Positions 1-13,745 of a stretch of DNA of 64,000 nt are shown piece after piece (positions within the stretch are counted from its first letter, which is position 1; each line of letters begins with the position of its first letter). Origin of the DNA: Octopus sinensis (Eukaryota); the NCBI RefSeq assembly GCF_006345805.1, contig NC_043009.1:17298001-17362000 (forward strand), given 5' to 3'. Position numbers and translations under genes: made by a program. The notes below the pieces were generated by a model. The model worked only from the letters and a program-made list of their open reading frames with translations, made no database searches and had not been told where the DNA came from.

Positions 1-362
1 TTCCAATTGTCTGACAGGAAATGACTGGATTTCTCAAATGTGCCAATGTGGACATAGGACAAATTGCATCAGGTCATCCAGATCATACCTGAATAGAGTA
101 TTCTGTAGGCCAAAGAAAAGGATAGTATTGTTTTCTTTAATTCAGTCAACCTTGATAGGTTTCATAAACAGGAACCTGATTACTGGAATTTAAATGTGCC
201 TTTCCCAAGGCTTACTGAGACCAGATTAGCAAATTAGTTAAGTGGGTGTTGCCAGAAACAGTTGTCAACAACTGAGCAACTGAAGTAGAACTGATAAAGT
301 TTAGTAAAGGAGTAGCAATATTAGATTAGAAAGAGGCTTAGTTAGAATATTAAAAGGTCTGT
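1..362 (+). mobile_element. L1/Tx1-clade LINE ORF2 relic (end of endonuclease domain plus linker)
   Basis: Broken-frame translation gives SYLNRVFCR and EPDYWNLNV, matching the APE-endonuclease SYLDR and GPGYWKLN motifs of Tx1-like ORF2; many stops. Confidence 0.6.
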
Positions 363-366
363 TTAA

Positions 367-1582
367 GGGTGATTCAGCTATTGTTATTAGCACATCTCAC
401 AATTACCTGATACCTTCCTCATATCTTTGTCATTCAGACATGTTTCTCAATATTTTTGCCCACAAAAACACATTTCATGGAATGATGATGTACCCAAGAT
501 TGATTCATTGCTGGGATTTAAGCAAAATATTTTGACTGTCCCTATTTTAAACTTTGATTTTAAAAAAAAATTTTGAAAAAGATTGGAAATTTTAGAATTT
601 AGGTGATGGGAGGGGGGAAATCTAAAAAATATTTTTTCCATTATCATATGAATTCCCATGTGAAGAACAAAATTCATGAACATTTTCTGAAAATTCTAAA
701 AAATAAAAAAGTTATGTGGAGTTATATGGGTTGCTTAAAGCAGAATTCTACCTTTATTACCACCTCTTCCCTCATGTTATTGAAAAGTTGTATTCTTTGT
801 AATTAAGTAGAAGTAATTTGGTCTTTAGCATGTTGACCTTTATGTTGCTTGAAATGCTATTTCTCTGGACTGCCATATTAGTTTGAAATTTGTGTTTAGT
901 CAAAAATGACCAATATGATCCTACTTGTTTTGGGTCCTTTTCTCAGCTACCACACCACAACTTACAGTTCTTGGAATTCTTTCATTCTGCTGCGAAGAAC
1001 ACATAAAAAATGTCTAACATAGAGACATCAAGTTTGTAGGGTAGACCATCCAAACTAGGTGATTTGCCCACTGTGCAGGTAGCCATCAATTCCTGTGTTC
1101 TAGTGGGTGTGGTTTATTATTATTTTTTTCTTTTGCAACACTCAACATCAGTTGTTAAGGATCATGACAGGTTGTTGAGATTCACATTGAAGTTTATCCT
1201 GTGACCCAGCCTATCTCGCATCTTAAGCATGTGAGCAAAATACCACTGAAAAGCCCTTCCCCATTTGTTTGACACTGAGTAGTGCATTCATCATAATCTA
1301 TCAAAGACCGAATTGTGGCTTTGTTTCTACTTCTGTTCCTCTGCTACTCAAATTTGTCAAACAGCTTTCATTCCTTTCATGCCTTAGAGCAGACACCTTA
1401 ACTCTGATAACACAGCTTTCTTGCTTCATAATAAAGAATTGGTCAAGGGCTAATATTGCTGAAAGCACATCAGTTTTGTGGGGAAAAATATTGAAAAACA
1501 TCAATATATATCTGAATGACAAAGATATGAGGAAGATATCAGTTAGTTGTGAGATGTGCTAATAATAATAGCTGAATCATCC
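367..1582. mobile_element. Pair of ~100-bp inverted termini, each bounded by TTAA (Kolobok-like non-autonomous DNA transposon ends)
   Basis: 367-468 (TTAA|GGGTGATTCAGCTATTGTTATTAGCACATCTCAC...) is the diverged reverse complement of ~1476-1582 (...GTGAGATGTGCTAATAATAATAGCTGAATCATCC|TTAA). TTAA target with GG...CC termini is the Kolobok pattern. Confidence 0.5.
815..1475 (-). mobile_element. L1/Tx1-clade LINE ORF2 relic (linker to start of RT)
   Basis: Minus-strand DVLSAILALDQ...ESCVIRVK (ORF 1301..1522), NKATIRSL and GKSPSLDGLPY (RT domain 0 GKSPGxDG motif); frameshifted. Confidence 0.65.
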
Positions 1583-2694
1583 TTAAATCACACACTCAAC
1601 AAAATTATTATTATTTTTTTATTATTTGCATAATCATAGAACACAAATTTGCAAAAAAATTCTAAAACTTCCAAGAAATAGAAAGTTATGAGGGTTTATA
1701 TTGAGTGCTTAAACCAGAATTCTGCTGCAAAATGGTTTTGTGTTTACTAGAATGCTGACCAGTAACGAGGATGTCAGATGAAGATGATACATAGAAATAA
1801 TTGTCTGTAAGAGCAACATAAAATGCTGTCAGTGGATCCCTCAAATAACTCTGTAGATGCAGCTTATGTCACCATGGTTCATGTTCCTCTTTGGGAGGAG
1901 TCTTGTGAGGATTTAAAAAGGGATTGGGAAGGTGCTGTGTTTTATGAAATTAAGATGGTTTTTAAACTTGTTAAACTTGTCCAATATCATAGCACCATAG
2001 CAAAGCTCCTGTTAATGGAGGAGAATGTGAAACATTTTGTTTGTATTTTGGTTGGGTGCAAGGCTGGTTGTCATGAAAGTACTGAAGCTAATATGGTGGA
2101 AGAAGAAACCCAATGAACAACTTTTACCTCAGCTAACAACAAACAGTTTCTCTTCTTGCTAAAGGTAGGCTGTAACAAGTCATAGTATGCTGTATGACAA
2201 ACCCATTACTTTTTATGCCATCACTGAAAAACAAACTTTACAATGATAAAAGGTGGTTTTCCTTAGCACAGTAGTTTCTCATGAGTTTAGGGATTTTAAA
2301 GCCCTATACTTTACCTTCTCACTCACATCACTCATTTCACAAGCTTTTCACTTTGAAAGGAGTAAAACTCATTTGAAAAGTAAAGTAAAATACTACTTCA
2401 TGGCTATATTCAATATAAATCTATGACTATTTGATCAGTAATTCAACATATTAATATATTGGTGCTTATTTTTCAGCCAAATCTGATCCTACACACTCCA
2501 ATCATGACCATCCTTTCTTTTATTTCTGGTGTTCTGTATCTAGAACTGCATTGCCCAGCATATACTTTCCTTTCTTTAGATGGCAGATTGTGACTTGAGG
2601 AAGATTTGGTTGCTATTTCTAGCAGTTCATGACTTGATTAACCTTCAGACAGTTACATAGGTATTCAAATATCTATGCATGTGTTTGTGTACAC

Positions 2695-2729
<35 letters not shown>

Positions 2730-3322
2730 CATACAAACATATATGCATCATATATGTGTATATGTATAGATATATATATATGTGTGTGTGTGTGTTTATA
2801 TGTGCATGTCTGTGTTCTGAAATGAACCCATTGTAACAAACTATCCATTGTATTCTATAAAGGATCTAATCAATAGTTCAGTCCCCAACCCCTTTCTCCC
2901 TACCCAACCATGCCCACTCCACATGCTGCAGAAAAAACAATAAAACACAAATTTACAAAGGTCATTAAATACCTCAGCTTTCCCATGATCGCAGTGTTTT
3001 ACAGTTTGTTTATTTGTTTATTATTTATTATTTTCAAATATTTTTTTTTTCCTCTTTGCTTTTTCCCCTTGATCTTGCTATTATAAACAACATTGTTATG
3101 TTGGAATGATAGAAAAAATGGTACAAGGCATTGAACAGTGTGTGCATACGCATACACACAGACACCCATGCACAGAAAATACAAACACACATATATGCAC
3201 ACACACATATAATTATTAATGGTAATAATGACGATGATGATGATGATGATGACAATGGTGATTATGATACTTAAAATCAGGGTGGGAATTGAAAGTAATG
3301 AAATCAATGTGTGCACTCACAT

Positions 3323-3409
<87 letters not shown>

Positions 3410-3544
3410 GTGTATGCAGAAGCGCATAGCTATAGACACACACGCAAGAACATGATGATAATGAAGATGGCGATGTAAACAAGAATAAAAAAATAATAAG
3501 CAATAGATACAAACAGAAACACATACTCATGCACACACACACAC

Positions 3545-5149
3545 ACACACATGCATACACACACATGCACACACACACACATGCATACACACACAGACCT
3601 AGACATATGTATGTATTCACACAGACATATATACATGTATAAACACATACACACATGTATACATATATATCTATCACACACACACACATATATATACACA
3701 CACACACACAGACACACACACATATATATATAGGCACCATCAACAATAAGTACAACAACAAAGAAAGAATCATTCTTACTGTAATAATAATCTTTAATAA
3801 CTACAACAACAACAATATTGTTTGTAGGTGAAAGCTAAACTTAACAGAAACACACACAAACATACATCAACTCAAATACACATGTATTACCTCAGACACA
3901 GACATATCCGCCCACTCTCTCTCTCTCTCTCTCTCTCTCTTCCTCTTCTCTCCCTCTCTTTCTCCCCCTTTCTTTCTCCCCCTTTCTCTCTGTCTGTCAT
4001 ATACACACACACACCCATACAGACATGCACATGCACACAAACACACATACACACAAGATTTCTCCTTCACACCACACACACATGCATACACACACATGCA
4101 CACACACACACATGCATACACACACAGACCTAGACATATGTATGTATTCACACAGACATATATACATGTATAAACACATACACACATGTATACATATATA
4201 TCTATCACACACACACACATATATATACACACACACACACAGACACACACACATATATATATAGGCACCATCAACAATAAGTACAACAACAAAGAAAGAA
4301 ATCATTCTTACTGTAATAATAATCTTTAATAACTACAACAACAACAATATTGTTTGTAGGTGAAAGCTAAACTTAACAGAAACACACACAAACATACATC
4401 AACTCAAATACACATGTATTACCTCAGACACAGACATATCCGCCCACTCTCTCTCTCTCTCTCTCTCTCTCTTCCTCTTCTCTCCCTCTCTTTCTCCCCC
4501 TTTCTTTCTCCCCCTTTCTCTCTGTCTGTCATATACACACACACACCCATACAGACATGCACATGCACACAAACACACATACACACAAGATTTCTCCTTC
4601 ACACACACACACACATGCATACACACACATGCACACACACACACATGCATACACACACAGACCTAGACATATGTATGTATTCACACAGACATATATACAT
4701 GTATAAACACATACACACATGTATACATATATATCTATCACACACACACACATATATATACACACACACACACAGACACACACACATATATATATAGGCA
4801 CCATCAACAATAAGTACAACAACAAAGAAAGAAATCATTCTTACTGTAATAATAATCTTTAATAACTACAACAACAACAATATTGTTTGTAGGTGAAAGC
4901 TAAACTTAAACAGAAACACACACAAACATACATCAACTCAAATACACATGTATTACCTCAGACACAGACATATCCGCCCACTCTCTCTCTCTCTCTCTCT
5001 CTCTTCCTCTTCTCTCCCTCTCTTTCTCCCCCTTTCTTTCTCCCCCTTTCTCTCTGTCTGTCATATACACACACACACCCATACAGACATGCACATGCAC
5101 ACAAACACACATACACACAAGATTTCTCCTTCACACACACACACACATG
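3545..5149. repeat. Three near-identical tandem copies of a ~532-bp unit
   Basis: GTGAAAGCTAAAC recurs at 3828, 4360 and 4893; the ORF track repeats MKAKL... three times; visible differences are small indels, mostly in microsatellites or homopolymers. Confidence 0.95.
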
Positions 5150-5591
5150 GCTTCTGCCACAGACACACACACATATGGTCGTTCCCTCACACACACACAC
5201 CCACACTCACACATGCACAGACACACACCCTCAGACACCTCCTTATAATACATCTAGAATTTTCCGATATTAAATTAACAATAACCGAACATCAACATCA
5301 AACTTCAACATAACAAAAGAATGGAAGAAGTGGGGAATGGGAGGGTGGGTGGGTGGGTGGGTGGCAGGGCTGAATTCACTCCCACCACCACCACCACCAC
5401 CACCAATAATTCCTTTCTTCCTTTACATAGAGACTATGAACCCTTGGTTTTAGACAGACATAACTTACACACAGGTATCTGAACATATAAACAGGCTCAA
5501 ATGTATACACGTGTGGATACATACGTTTAATCACACACACTCATACACGCATGCACGCACACACAGAGAAGCAGAGAAGAAACAAAATGAA

Positions 5592-5637
<46 letters not shown>

Positions 5638-5740
5638 GACACACATACAAGCATTCATTACAGCATGCTTGCACAAATACAAAACCATCAGATGCACAAA
5701 ATTATACATACATACATACATGCATACATGCATACATGCA

Positions 5741-5772
<32 letters not shown>

Positions 5773-5892
5773 CATACATACAAACATACACACATAAAAA
5801 CCTACATACATATGTTTGTATGTGTATGTTCATATGAGTGGGTGTCTACATCTGTATGTATGTATTTATATGTATGTGTGTGTGCGTTATAT

Positions 5893-5938
<46 letters not shown>

Positions 5939-5962
5939 CACACACATATGTATATTATACAG

Positions 5963-5998
<36 letters not shown>

Positions 5999-6382
5999 AT
6001 ATATATACTATATATAGTAATATATATATGTAATATATATATAATACATATATGTTATATATATACTGTATATATATATAAGTTCTATGTATATATATAT
6101 ATATATGTTCTATGAATATATCTATATATATATGTGTGTGTGTTTGTGTGTGTTTGTATATATATAATATATGTATTATAGGGCCATGAATGTTTTATAT
6201 AAATATATATCATAAGTATATTTTGTATATTTATATGTGTGTGTGTGTGTGAGCATGTGTGTATCCCAAAATACACAATTAAATCACACAAATACACAAA
6301 GCTTTCTTCAAACCCTTCGCATGCATTCATATAGTCACTAGGTGCGTAAGCACAAACATTTACATCTTAGACATACATGCAT

Positions 6383-6453
<71 letters not shown>

Positions 6454-6827
6454 TATATATATCTTTATATATATATATATACAAATATATATATACATAC
6501 ATATATATATATGTGTGTGTGTGTACCTTAGATGTATGCATAGGGATAATTATAAACACATTTACAGAGGCATACTTATAGATACAAGCATGTTCACACA
6601 TTCAGAGACTCTCACACATACACATCTACATGCCTACACAGCCAAGCACCTATCCGTACACACATACATGCATGCATAGAAAGAAACAATCCCAGACACC
6701 CGTAACCACTCAGTGACTCCCTTAGAAGCCTCAGTCATGTGACTTCCAGCAATTAGTGAGTTATATACTGCCACTTGCCAGACAAAATGACCATAACAAC
6801 ACTCTTACATAAAAGAAGGCTCATTGA

Positions 6828-6828
6828 A

Positions 6829-6895
<67 letters not shown>

Positions 6896-6920
6896 TAATA
6901 ATAATATTAATAATAATAAT

Positions 6921-6964
<44 letters not shown>

Positions 6965-7008
6965 TAATAATAGCAATATAATAATATTTATATTAGAAAC
7001 AATTATTA

Positions 7009-7101
<93 letters not shown>

Positions 7102-7102
7102 G
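6828..7102. repeat. (AAT)n tract followed by (ATT)n tract
   Basis: Directly visible trinucleotide arrays in opposite orientation. Confidence 0.9.
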
Positions 7103-7479
7103 TTACAAGCAGCAAACCCTTTGAAAATTAGTGAAGATCACTTAAAACGCAAAGAATAGCATGATTTTGGCAGTTTTTGGTGTTCATTTTAAACACAAGC
7201 ACTGGAATTAATGGTCAGTTTCCTGAGTGGTTATGGTAGTGGGTTAGTGGGGCTGAAGGGTGGAAAGTGTGGGGAAAGAGATGCATTCAGTCAATAATGC
7301 AATATAGCCGTGTTATTGTATTCTCCTCACTTGTCTAACTGGAGACTTAACAGCATATGTAGGTAAATGTGTAGGCATTGATGTGTGTAAGAAGTGTATA
7401 AGTGTATACAGCAGTTTTAATTTTATACACACACACATATACACACACACATATACACACACACATATACACACACACA

Positions 7480-7775
7480 TATACACATAATTATATACAT
7501 GCATACATGCATAAACAAATATATATACAGATATGCACATGTCTACATGTATGTACACACACACACATACACACACATACACACATAATTATATACATGC
7601 ATACATGCATAAACATATATATATACAGATATGCACATGTCTACATGTATGTACATACACACACAACACACACACACACACATACACACATAATTATATA
7701 CATGCCTATATGCATAAACATATATATGTACAGATATGCACATGTCTACATGTATGTACACACACACACATACAC
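7480..7775. repeat. ~100-bp compound minisatellite, 3 copies
   Basis: ACACATAATTATATACATGC...CAGATATGCACATGTCTACATGTATGTACA recurs at ~7483, ~7581 and ~7686. Confidence 0.85.
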
Positions 7776-7990
7776 ACATCCGCATACAAAATGTATACAC
7801 GTGTACCTTAGTATGCATTTACCATTGTTTTATCTTTATATGCATACAAGTACCTATGTCTATGTTTTAGATGTATCCACTTATGTCTACAGTGTTAAGT
7901 ATGTCTTTACATTTATGCACACAAAGGGTGGCTGTACATATCTGTATGTAGGTGGGTATGTGAGAATATATTCATATATATATATTATAT

Positions 7991-8021
<31 letters not shown>

Positions 8022-8158
8022 GAATATATATATATATATGAGTATAAATATATATATATATATAAGTATAAATATATATATATATATATGAGTATAATAT
8101 ATATATATATATATATATGTATGTAAACATACACACACACACATATAGACAGACAGGC

Positions 8159-8229
<71 letters not shown>

Positions 8230-8379
8230 AAGATAGATAGATCCATGGCGATGTGGTTGAGAAGCTTGCTTCTAAGCTGTGTGATCTTGTGTTTAGTCCC
8301 ATTGCATGACACATTAGGCAAGTGATTTCTTCTATAAACTAGGATGACCTAAGCCTTGCAAGTAGAGTAAACAGAATAT

Positions 8380-8410
<31 letters not shown>

Positions 8411-8629
8411 ACACACACATACACACACAAGTTGAAAATAAAAAGTAAGACAACAAAAGTCAAAAGTTTGTACATCTAGAATGTATTAGGTTGTTGCTCA
8501 GAATAAGATGGAAAAAAAAGTGGGTATATAATGTTTCGAGCATGGTTCTTCCGAAGAAAAAAGATACGAAAGGTTCCGAGAGAAGGAAAAAAGTCCAAGA
8601 AAAGCATGTATGTGGATACAGGATATATA

Positions 8630-8666
<37 letters not shown>

Positions 8667-8735
8667 ATATATATATATATATATATATATGTGAGTGTGT
8701 GTATGTATATATAGTAGAATAATAAAAAAGAGTTC

Positions 8736-8859
8736 TTGAAAAATGAGTAGAGATGGCTTTAGGGGGGATAATTTTTATTTTAATGATAATGTTTACAGTA
8801 AACATTATCATTAAAATAAAAATTATCCCCCCTAAAGCCATCTCTACTCATTTTTTCAA
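8736..8859. repeat. Near-perfect ~124-bp palindrome between TA-rich tracts
   Basis: TTGAAAAATGAGTAGAGATGGCTTTAGGGGGGATAA...GTTTAC A GTAAAC...TTATCCCCCCTAAAGCCATCTCTACTCATTTTTTCAA; centre at 8797. Confidence 0.9.
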
Positions 8860-8904
8860 ATATGTATGTATGTAAACATATATATATATATAAAATAAAT
8901 AAAT

Positions 8905-9151
8905 GTTCCTTCTCGAGCCATGCCAAGCTCATAAGGGCTGGTTTCCCAGTTTCAGAGGTGTAGAAATTCCCCACCTGGACAGGACGCTGGTCCATTACAG
9001 GACTACTCATTTTTGCCAGGTGAGTGGACTGGAGCAATGTGAAATGAAGTATTTTTCTCAAGAACACAATGCATCACCCAGTCCAGGAATCAAAACCACA
9101 ACCTTACGATCATGAGTTCAACACCCTAACCACTAAGGCATGCGCCTCCAC
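8905..9151 (-). mobile_element. tRNA-derived SINE with a conserved central domain (CORE/Meta-like)
   Basis: Minus strand starts GTGGAGGCGCATGCCTTAGTGGTTAGGG (box A) ... GGTTTTGATTCC (box B), followed by TGCTCCAGTCCACTCA...CAAAAATGAGT shared with the copies at 11838 and 27321. Confidence 0.8.
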
Positions 9152-9360
9152 TATATATATATATAATAAGAACATAATGATAATAATAATAATTTATGTT
9201 ATATCTATCCCACATTATATCGGTATAACCATGATGTAGCCCTGAAAATCTGATTCACTAGTCAGTATCATTAAACGGTAGCCAGCATAATGAAATAGTA
9301 GCTCTATCTGCATAGTCCTAATGATACCTAAATGAATTTGAAATATACAGGTATATATAT

Positions 9361-10250
9361 TTGGTCATCCTATAAATAATGCAGTTTTTTCAATTGCATG
9401 GAGGGGGATGGGATAAGCTACCTGCATCAACTTGTTATAACAGCTGGAAGTAATTTTACTTTGGACTTATTCTTAGTGGAAGTTTTGAAGAGTGCAGTTC
9501 AATTTTAACAGTTATTTTTTTCAAAGCTATTACGGAAGTAACAAAGGAGCATGTTCAGCATATTTTGCTTTATGTGTTCGATAAGGGCAACAACACAAAG
9601 GAAATTGAGAGGAATATTAATGCAGTATATGGGGATTGGACAATAAGCATAAGCTAGTGTGAACGGTGGTTCCAGAAATTCTGAGACAGAACCTAGGAAA
9701 CAAGCCTCATCCTGGAAGATTTGTAGAGCTTGATGAGGACGTCCTGCAACTCTAGTGGAACAAAATCCCATTGTAACTGTTGAGGAACTAAAAGAGAAGC
9801 TTGGATTTGGTCATTCAACCATTCATCGATAGAAGAAAAATGACCATCTTAGGTTTCAAGACAAAAAGTGCTCTTCCATCAGGATAATGCTCAACCACAT
9901 ACAGCAAGGGTGACATTCCAAAGGCTAAAGCAGTTTGAATGGGAAACGATGCCCCACCCACCATATTCACCACACATTACCCCATCTGATTATCATTTAT
10001 TTTGCAATCTTCAAAATCATTTGGATGGAAAAAATATGAATTCTATAGACGAGGTCAGAACAGTACTGAAGGGGTATTTTTCGTCACAGACAAGTGAATT
10101 ACAGAAGAGGGGCCTTGCAAGTCTACCAGATAGATGGAAGAGCATTGTAGAAAATGAAGGAGATTATATTGTAGATTAAAAATGAACTTTGTTTATCTCA
10201 ATTTTGAAAAATAAAAGAAGTATAAAAAATCTGCATTATTTATGGGATAC
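9361..10250 (+). mobile_element. Mariner (DD34D) transposon, internally deleted and decayed
   Basis: TIRs ...ATCCTATAAATAATGCAGTTTTT / AAAAATCTGCATTATTTATGGGAT... in TA context. ORF 9868-10179 reads FHQDNAQPHTA...PHPPYSPHITPSDYHLF, with 34 residues between the two aspartates. Confidence 0.9.
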
Positions 10251-10338
10251 ATATATATAATATATACATACATATACATATATACATATATATATATATA
10301 CATATAAATATAAAATACATACATATATATATGCATGC

Positions 10339-10391
<53 letters not shown>

Positions 10392-11129
10392 ATATAATAT
10401 ATATATATGTATAATACATAGATATATATATATATACATATACTCTTTTACATTTTTCAGTCATATATATATATAATATAAATAATATATATATATGGAT
10501 ATATACATACATATATGTACATATTTACATATGTATGTATATATGCATGTATGGGTACAGGACATCATAAAATGTAAACAACATGAAATACGAAAACATG
10601 GAATGCGAACTTTTTTTGCGAACAACAAAAGAAACAAATGGAAAACAAGGCAAGCAACATAAATAACGACCCTTCATCAGTTGTCGGCTGTTTTATCTAC
10701 TCCACATTTCGATACATACATATATACATATATATAAAATACAAAATGGGACAAGAACACAAAACATCTGGACAACGAGGTGATACAAAAAGGGACAACA
10801 AAACATCCAGATAGACGATACAAAGAAAACAAGGACGGGTCATTCGAAGTTTTCTTTGTTTTTATTTATTTATTTATACTTCGTTTTTGTATCTGGTTTG
10901 CAAGATTCTTTATGTGAATTTGTGTGTTGAAACAAATTTTGTTGTGTCTAGGGAGAGTCATTATGACAGTATAATTAACACACACACTGGCTCAGTTCCA
11001 CTCGTTTTCTTTATGTATAAATATGTGTTTATATATACTTATACACATACATGTTTGTATGCATGTATATATAGAGATGTGTCTGTGCGCGCACATATGT
11101 GTGTTTGTGTGTGTGTGTAGACATGCATT

Positions 11130-11600
11130 CATAGAGGATGGCTGCTGCTCAATTTTGAGTAATGCTATGTTCTCTTTAACATGAGCAGCATGAATGTGGC
11201 TTTTCAGTCCTGCCAGGGACTTACAAGCACGAGTGGCAATGATGGGCACCTTAATTTTGGTTTGTGCATTAGTCTTTTACTCTGGGGCTTAGGGATTTGA
11301 TTATCTTCCATTCTAACCACATGACCACCCCATCATAATTGATGTTAAAATACTAGAAAATCTGTACAGGTAGACTTTCTATATTGAAGGACTTCAAAAT
11401 TACTTACAAACATTTGCCATTAGACCCCAGTATACAGCAGAGACATTGCTGGTGAAATCCCTCCAGCCTTTATATAGCTGACTGGTAAGTACACAGGTCT
11501 CATATGCATATAGCAATCATGACAAAAATATTGTAGACCTTCAACTTTGTCTCAGTTCAGATAACATGTGAGGTAGCAAGCATGAGAAACAAGAGCAAAT
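11130..11600 (-). mobile_element. RTE-clade LINE 3' relic
   Basis: Minus strand gives TKLKVY..., GHVVRMEDNQIPK and the C-terminal zinc-finger-like RACKSLAGLKSHI. Confidence 0.7.
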
Positions 11601-11837
11601 GTTATATTAGATTAACACTTAAAAAGAAGGAAAGGAGTCTTGACATTTTGGACACTAGTCCCTTATCAGAAAAATAAAAGAAGAAAAAATGTTGGTGAAA
11701 AATGCAAAAAGAAGAGGTGGCTTGAAAAATAATAAAGGTTTGAGGCTGGAGTGCTGATGGCAGAGGAAGGTATGGAGGAAATGAGAGAAAAGAGGAAAAA
11801 GGAAAAGTGAAAGAAAATAAGTTTGTGTGTTTGTGTA

Positions 11838-12087
11838 GTGGAAGTACATGGCTTAGTGGATAGAGTGTTGCACTCATAATTGTAAGATTGGGGTTTCAAA
11901 TCCACAGGGGATGCATTTGTTCTTGAAGAAAACACTTCATTTTGCATTGATCCAATCCACTTAGCAGGCAAAAATGAGTAATTCTGTGACAGACCAGTGT
12001 CTTGTCCAGAGGGAGTGTATATATGTCACAGAATCCAAGAAACCAGTCTCATGATCCTCTGGTTTGGGAAGGATCTCTGGGCCTTTT
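11838..12087 (+). mobile_element. tRNA-derived SINE (same family as 8905-9151), diverged
   Basis: GTGGAAGTACATGGCTTAGTGGATAGAG head; shared CAAAAATGAGT...GTCCAG body. Confidence 0.7.
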
Positions 12088-12134
12088 ATATAATATATAT
12101 ATATATATATGCATATGTGTTTATAATATAACAC

Positions 12135-12918
12135 GCATGGCTGAGTAGTAAGTTCTGGGTCCAATCCCACTGTATGGCACCTTGGGGAAGTGTCTTCTAC
12201 TATAGCCTTGGGATTTGGTAGATGGAAACTGTAAGAAGCCTGTCATGTGCGTGTATGAGTATGTGTGTGTGTGTGTGTGTGTGTCTGTGTCTGTCCACCA
12301 CCACTGCATGATAGCCGGTGTTGATGTGCTTATGTCCCCATAACTTAGCAGTTCGGCAAAAGAGACTGAGAGAATAACTACCAGATTTTTAAAAAATAAG
12401 CCCTGGGGTTGAGTTATTCAGCTAAAACCCCTTCATGGCAGTGCCCCAGCTTGGCTGCAGTCAAGTGACTGAAACAAGTAAAAAGATAAAAAAGAAAGAT
12501 AAATATATATACAGTAGGTGCAGGCATGGCTGTGTGGTAAGAAGAAGCTTACTTCCCAACCACAGGGTTCTGAGTTCAGTCCTACCATGTGACACCATGG
12601 GCAAGTGTCTTCTACTATAGCCTCGGGCTGACCAAAGCCTTGTGAGTGGATTTGGTAGACGGAAATTGAAAGAACCCCATCATATATTTATGTGTGTGTG
12701 TGTCTTTGCATTTGTGTTTGTCCCCTATCACTAGTTGACAACCAGTGTTGGTGTATTTACATCCCTGTGACTTAGCAGTTCAGAAATAGAGACCAACAGA
12801 ATAAATACTAGACTTTAAAAAAGGTAAGCAGTGGGATCGATTCATTCGGATATAAATTTGCTAAGGCAGTGCCCCAGCATGGCCTTAGTTTAATGACTGA
12901 AACAATTAAAAGATAAAA
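12135..12918 (+). mobile_element. Two adjacent copies of the dominant tRNA-derived SINE with an internal (TG)n tract
   Basis: Copies at ~12135-12490 and ~12517-12918 share GTGTCTTCTACTATAGCC...GGATTTGGTAGA and the tail GACTGAAACAA...AAAAGATAAAA. Confidence 0.85.
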
Positions 12919-13057
12919 GGTAGGTAAGGTATGTAGTACATACATACATACATACATACATACATACATACATACATGCATGCATGCATACATACATACA
13001 TACACACATGCATGCATGCATACGTACATACATACACACACACACACAAACACACAT

Positions 13058-13240
13058 ATCATCATCATCATCATCATTTAACGTCTGTTTTCCATGTTGG
13101 CATGGGTTGGACAGTTTGACAGGAGCTGGCATGCCAGAGGATTGCATCAGGCTCCACTCTTAGCATGGTTTCTCTGGTTGGATGCCCTTCCTAACGCCAA
13201 CGACAGAATGTATTGGGTGCTTTTAACATGGCTCCAGTAT
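13058..13240 (-). mobile_element. RTE-type 3' tail / RTE-partnered SINE tail ending in (GAT)n
   Basis: Reverse complement of the tail at 56930-57080 (GGCGTTAGGAAGGGCATCCA...CCAACCCATGC...GACGTTAAA(TGA)n). Confidence 0.8.
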
Positions 13241-13701
13241 CCACAGGTATCACCAAATAACCAACAAGACAAAGATGTCCCAGGTGAGAGAGGGAGAGAG
13301 GAACTGAGAGGAGTGGGTATGTGCCAGGCAAGAAGAGGCTGGTGCACAAGGGGAGATGCTTGACTACCCCAGTTGAACAAGGAAGAAGAAGAGAGAGGTA
13401 GAAGAGAGTTAGAGAGAAAGATGGACACAGTTAGAATGAGTGAGAAAGACAGCGAGAGAGAGAGAGGGGGGAGCCTACCTCAGGGAACAGTGGTGGGGAG
13501 TATAAGTAGTACAGCTGGGGTAGAGATGTTTCATAAGAGTGCAAGGAGGAGACGCTTAGAGATAGCAAGTGGCAGTGAGAGGAAGTGGAGTGGGCTGCAG
13601 TGGGTGGTGGGAACTTGGGGAAGATGACTTGTGAGTGAGTCGTGCCAGAGGACAGAATTGTGTGTGTGTGTATGCATGTATTGTGTGTGTGTATGTGTGT
13701 G

Positions 13702-13744
<43 letters not shown>

Positions 13745-13745
<1 letters not shown>

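Noticed and set aside
5331-5369. G-quadruplex-like (GGGT)n tract
   Set aside because: Simple repeat with no functional context.
10655-10712. Minus-strand CTGATGAAGGG near CGAAAT
   Set aside because: No downstream stem II plus GAAA in the right order; cannot be folded as a hammerhead.
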